A stretch of DNA of 24,572 nucleotides from Macrostomum lignano (Eukaryota). The notes under the pieces are model-generated. The model ran no database searches. It saw only the letters and a program-made list of their open reading frames with translations, and had not been told where the DNA came from. Below, piece by piece: positions 20,249 to 24,572 of this stretch. Each line of letters begins with the position of its first letter. Positions within the stretch are counted from its first letter, which is position 1. The stretch covers positions 1-24,572 of the forward strand of contig NIVC01002883.1 in the NCBI GenBank assembly GCA_002269645.1, read 5' to 3'. Made by a program: the position numbers and the translations under genes.

Positions 20249-23200
20249 CTCTTCAAACTCGAACACCTTCGCGGCCGCCTCCTCCCTGTCCCTGTCTCCT
20301 CGATCAATCTCGGCAGTCAGCCGGCCGTCTAGTTCACCAGTTCGGGCTTCTAACTCGCCAATTCGTCGTTCAGACTCGACAATTTGACTGCGTAGTCGGG
20401 CGCGCTCCGCCTCCCAGTCGGCTTTGGCCGCCTCCATCTTGCCGCGCCAGTCGGCCGCGCCACCGGCAGCGCCGGCAGCCTCCGCCCTGGCCGCGGCCAG
20501 ATCCTCGGCTAGGCGACCATTCAAAGCGTCCTTCTCGCCAAGTTGTTCTTCTAGTCGGCGAGTCAGCGCCAGAGCGCCGAGGCATTCCCGGCGCCAGTCG
20601 CGCCTGCACAGACAGCAGCGGGCAAGCAACGACACGGCCAGCATCACTACCAGAGTGAGCAGTGCCAGCGCTTGACTCTTGGCGCTCATTGGTAGCCAAG
20701 CGGAGACTGGCACGGTTTCAACTAACTGAACTAGCCAATCTGGCACCATTGGCGAGGCTGCGTCAACTCCAGCCTTAGCCAGTCGGACAGCCGGATATCG
20801 GCCTGTTAGCCAGGTTAAGCAGCGACGCTTTGTCGCTAATTCGACATTGTTATCATCGACATCAGTGTCGCCAGACGATGCATTTCCCTCCGACTCTTGC
20901 GCATTCGGCGGCTGCGGCGGAGGCTGCTGAGGCCCCGAGTCGGTTCGAGTGTAGCGACCCGGATCGATGCCCTGATCGGCTGATTTCTTAGAGTCGGAAG
21001 CTGCCGTTGATGATGAAGAAGGCGACGAAGTCTTGGCGCCTGCGGTTGGCGGTCCAGCCGTGTCAGAGGCTGGCGGTGGCGGCTTGTCGATTTGCTTTGC
21101 TGCTTCATCCGGTTTAGCCGGTTTTTCTTCTTTAACATCCTGATTTGGCGTCGGCTCAATTGAAACTGGTGGCTGCTCAGGGCCGGATGATGGTGGCGGC
21201 GAAGGCGGTGGTGGCGGCGGCGGCGTCAAAGGCTGAGATGAAGCCGGGGGTGTCGGTTGAGCAATCGGTGGCGCAGGAGTAGCCACGGGTTCGGAATCAA
21301 CTTTACCCTGCTGTTTGACTTGGTCTTGATCAGGCTTAGCCTGTTGCGACTGAGTGTTCGGCAATTCTGGATGGGACTGCTCAACCGAAGTGTTTTGGGA
21401 CCCTGATTCCGATGGTCCCTCTTTCGACTGAGACGGATGATCCACCTGAGTCTTTGGTGGTTCTGTTGATGGACTCAGCTGCTGCGCCTGAGTCTTTTCC
21501 GAATCTGATTTGGATTGTTGCTCCGGCATTTTCTCTGGCTCTGGTTGAGGTTTCTTCTCAGTTCCCTGTGCTTCTGGTGGAAGTGGCTGCGCCTGAATCT
21601 TATCTGCGTCTAGTGAAGGTTGTTCCGACTGGGATTTATCTCCCACTGGTGGAGGTTGCTGAGCCTGTGCTTCATCAACTGGTGGAGGTTTCTGAGCCTG
21701 TGCTTCATCTCCCACTGGTGGAGGCTGCTTAGCCCGTGCTTCACCTCCCACTGGTGGAGGCTGCTTAGCCTGTGCTTCATCTCCCACTGGTGGAGGCTGC
21801 TGAGCCTGTTTTTCATCTCTTACTGGTGGAGGTTGCTGGCCCAGATTTCTTTCATCTTTTGGTGGAGTTTGTTGTTCTTGGGTTTTTGCATCCTCTGAGG
21901 AAGGCTGCTGCTTTTGAATCTCTGGTGGCTGAGACCGCTGAGTATCTGATTGACTAGTATTCGTTTGTGCTACAGCATCGGTGGAAGCTTTATCAACTGA
22001 CTGTTGCGTTTCATTGCTAGGCAAATTTTGCTAGACGGTGTCCTGTCTTTTTGATCATCCACTCCGTGTGATTGTTCCTCTGGAGAGCCAACGGATGCGC
22101 TTTTTTCGACACCAGAAGCTGCCCTGTCTTTGGATTCTTGCTTACTATTAGAAGCATCCTTCCTCTCATCAAGGACAGACGACTCTTTAGCACCAGAAGA
22201 GAGATCACCCTGTGCATCAACTGCAGGCGATGCTGGAATGCCCGCATTAGCAGATGGATCACCAGGCGAATCGCTAGTTTTGTGTTCACTTTCAGCTGAG
22301 CTGTTGGCATCTTTCTTGTCTTCAATTTTGTCCTTCTTTTCATTGGCATCGTCAGGCGAACTTTTCTTTCCGCTAAAGAAAGAGGACACTGAGTCAAAAA
22401 ATCCTTTCGAAACATAATCGCTTCCAGGTTTAGCTTCCTGCTTATCTACAGGTTTAGCTTCCTGCTTATCTCCAGGTTTAGCTTCAGGCTTATCTCCAGG
22501 TTTAGCTTCCTGCTTATCTACAGGTTTAGCTTCCTGCTTATCTACAGGTTTAGCTTCCTGCTTATCTCCAGGTTTAGCTTCCTGCTTATCTCCAGGTTTA
22601 GCTTCAGGCTTATCTCCAGGTTTAGCTTCAGGCTTATCTTCAGATTTAGCTTCAGGCTTATCATCAGGTTTAGCTTCCTGCTTATCTCCAGGTTTAGCTT
22701 CAGGCTTATCTTCAGATTTAGCTTCAGGCTTTTCTTCAGGTTTAGCTTCCTGCTTATCTCCAGGTTTATCTCCAGGTTTAACTTCAGGCTTATCTTCAGG
22801 TTTAGCTTCCTGCTTATCTACAGGTTTAGCTTCCTGCTTATCTCCAGGTTTATCTCCAGGTTTAGCTTCAGGCTTATCTCCAGGTTTAGCTTCCTGCTTA
22901 TCTTCAGGCTTATCTCCAGGTTTTGCTTCAGGCTTATCTCCAGGTTTAGCTTCAGGCTTATCTCCAGGTTTAACTTCAGGCTCTTTAAGGTTAGCATCCG
23001 GTGAAGATTCGGTTTCGTCATTTTGAATAGCAGTTGGTGGAGCCTGTAAAGTCTGCGTATCCGGTTGCAGCGGCGGAACATCCGGACTGCCAACAGGGCC
23101 AGGCGGCGGTCGCTCTGGCTTCGACTCAGTCTCGTCGTCGTCATCGTCTAGATCGTCGACACCAACTGATCTGGGCGGATAGTTCACCTCTATGAGGTCA

Positions 23201-23589
23201 TCGGAGTCGTATCTTTTGCCAACCTCTTTAAAATAAGACTTATCGAATAGGCCGACTACGTCGTTAAATTTAATTAGCCACAGGGTCTGCCTATCCCTAC
23301 TAACGCCAACCTCTTTGCCTAATATTAGTACGCGAGAACCGGCGCTAACCGAGCGAAGATCGCCGTGAACAGAGCCAGCCGAGTTCAACACTCTAGCGGA
23401 GCTGACTGGCTCCGAGCAGCGTCTGTCAACGCACAGCAGACGATCTGGCAGATTTACACTGGCAGTTGGTGCAACCGATTGAATTAATACAATCAAACTT
23501 GGCGTTAGAAGCAGCGAGGCAAGCAACGGTAATAGCAAAGGCAATCTAAGCCAGCTAATAGAAAAAGCAGAAGCATATTCAGAGGACAT
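20249..23589 (-). CDS. TANGO1: TANGO1/MIA3-like exon 1: signal peptide, MOTH/SH3-like domain, lumenal repeats, TM, start of coiled coil (1-nt frame break near 22027)
   Basis: gccATG at 23589 then hydrophobic LRLPLLLPLLASLLL. LPDRLLCVDRRCSEPVS...LWLIKFNDVVGLFDKSYFKE matches the MIA-family LCADxxCS...W...G.F pattern. TM LALLTLVVMLAVSLLA at about 20622-20672. Donor GAG|GTGAAG at 20248. Length 3341 nt is one base short of a codon multiple. Confidence 0.85.
21640..21835 (-). repeat. Coding 36-bp repeat, 12-aa unit AQQPPPVGDEAQ, about 5 copies
   Basis: Visible in both DNA and the 20237..22024 translation. Confidence 0.9.
22419..22982 (-). repeat. Coding 24-bp (2 x 12-bp) repeat, 8-aa unit EAKPGDK(P/Q), about 22 copies
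   Basis: Visible in both DNA and the 21970..23745 translation; all length variants are multiples of 12 nt and keep the frame. Confidence 0.95.
23180..23455 (-). other. MIA/MOTH SH3-like lumenal domain of TANGO1
   Basis: CxxxxC motif, conserved Trp and G-x-F; only two Cys, as recalled for invertebrate Tango1. Confidence 0.8.
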
Positions 23590-23887
23590 GGCTAGGCTGT
23601 TGATGTTGCCTGCAACGTTGCTTCCGTCAGAGGCTTCGCTTTTAATAGCAGACTGTCTTTGCTGCTTTGGGTTTGTTTTCTTGGAAGATTGTATAGATTT
23701 CTTCTGCTGCTGCTCCTGCTGCTTCTTTTGTCTAGTTGATCTCACCAGCTTTCTTTGTTATCTTTTACTACTGTCTGATAGTAGCGCTTAGCGATACTGT
23801 ACTCACAGCCCCTTGGTGGACTGCCGCTGGTCGGCTGAAAGGTGAAGTATTAAAATATCAAAATTCAATAACTGCTGTAAATATGAA

Positions 23888-24462
23888 GGATCAGATAGGG
23901 CAGCACCTGTGTCTGACTGAGGATCAGAGAGGGCAGCAGCTGTGTCTAACTGAGGGATCAGAGAGGGCAGCAGCTGTGTCTAACTGAGGGATCAGAGAGG
24001 GCAGCAGCTGTGTCTAACTGAGGGATCAGAGAGGGCAGCACCTGTGTCTGACTGAGGGATCAGAGAGGGCAGCAGCTGTGTCTAACTGAGGGATCAGAGA
24101 GGGCAGCAGCTGTGTCTAACTGAGGGATCAGAGAGGGCAGCAGCTGTGTCTAACTGAGGGATCAGATAGGCGCAGCAGCTGTGTCTAACTGAGGGATCAG
24201 AGAGGGCAGCAGCTGTGTCTAACTGAGGGATCAGAGAGGGCAGCAGCTGTGTCTAACTGAGGGATCAGAGAGGGCAGCAGCTGCGTCTAACTGAGGGATC
24301 AGAGAGGGCAGCAGCTGTGTCTAACTGAGGATCAGAGAGGGCAGCAGCTGTGTCTAACTGAGGGATCAGAGAGGGCAGCAGCTGTGTCTAACTGAGGGAT
24401 CAGAGAGGGCAGCAGCTGCGTCTAACTGAGGGATCAGAGAGGGCAGCAGCTGTGTCTGACTG
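23888..24462 (+). repeat. 34-bp minisatellite (tgagggatcagagagggcagcagctgtgtctaac), about 17 copies
   Basis: Period 34 (tgaggg at 23951 and 23985); lies about 300 nt upstream of the TANGO1 ATG. Confidence 0.97.
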
Positions 24463-24572
24463 GAGTATTAAAAGATACAATAAGACATAGGCAAATAAAA
24501 ACGGACATTAACTTGTTGAGTCGAAAGTATTCATTCGACTTTATAGTAATAATAAGAATGATTATAAATAGG

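Noticed and set aside
2280-20699. Plus-strand and alternate-frame ORFs overlapping the GC-rich exons (e.g. 9328..9945, 9875..11110, 17296..17937, 18814..19089)
   Set aside because: Shadow ORFs expected from GC-rich, stop-poor coding sequence; no recognisable motifs.
21970-22033. Programmed -1 ribosomal frameshifting at either frame break (also 2720-2885)
   Set aside because: No X XXY YYZ slippery heptamer in the correct phase was found at either site.
22017-22036. 20-nt GT...AG segment whose removal would restore the TANGO1 frame
   Set aside because: Far below normal metazoan spliceosomal intron size, with a poor donor (GTCTAG).
23590-23745. 52-codon N-terminal extension of TANGO1 from GTG at 23745
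   Set aside because: Non-ATG start and a hydrophilic sequence that would precede the signal peptide; gccATG at 23589 fits better.
13662-24462. 28-bp and 34-bp arrays as CRISPR-like repeats
   Set aside because: Units are head-to-tail with no unique spacers, there are no cas genes, and the context is eukaryotic and intron-containing.

Overview
Eukaryotic (animal) genomic DNA with two intron-containing genes on the minus strand, arranged head-to-tail among many tandem repeats. Gene 1 is a TANGO1/MIA3-like ER-exit-site cargo receptor: ATG at 23589, stop at 17158, 3 exons, about 1560 aa. It has a signal peptide, a MIA/MOTH SH3-like domain, a repeat-rich lumenal region, a TM segment, coiled coils and a proline-rich tail. 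Gene 2 is a protocadherin with 7 cadherin repeats (delta1-like architecture): ATG at 11133, at least 4 exons down to 2354, probably continuing off the left edge. Each gene needs one extra base at one point to stay in frame (near 22027 and between about 2885 and 2720); these are most simply consensus errors but are unresolved. About 7 kb (roughly 29%, manual estimate) is non-coding micro/minisatellite of about a dozen different units. The GC-rich Ala/Gly/Pro-run coding style plus GACA and minisatellite-filled introns suggests the flatworm Macrostomum (inference only). The most unusual signals are: satellites abutting splice sites in 5 of 6 introns; an intronic array of about 35 5'-splice-site-like motifs on the transcribed strand; an inverted pair of related minisatellites whose differences are G-U compatible in the pre-mRNA; and a PEVK-like repeat spacer in TANGO1. 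I found no rRNA, tRNA, CRISPR array or intact transposon, and cannot claim a new system from sequence alone.
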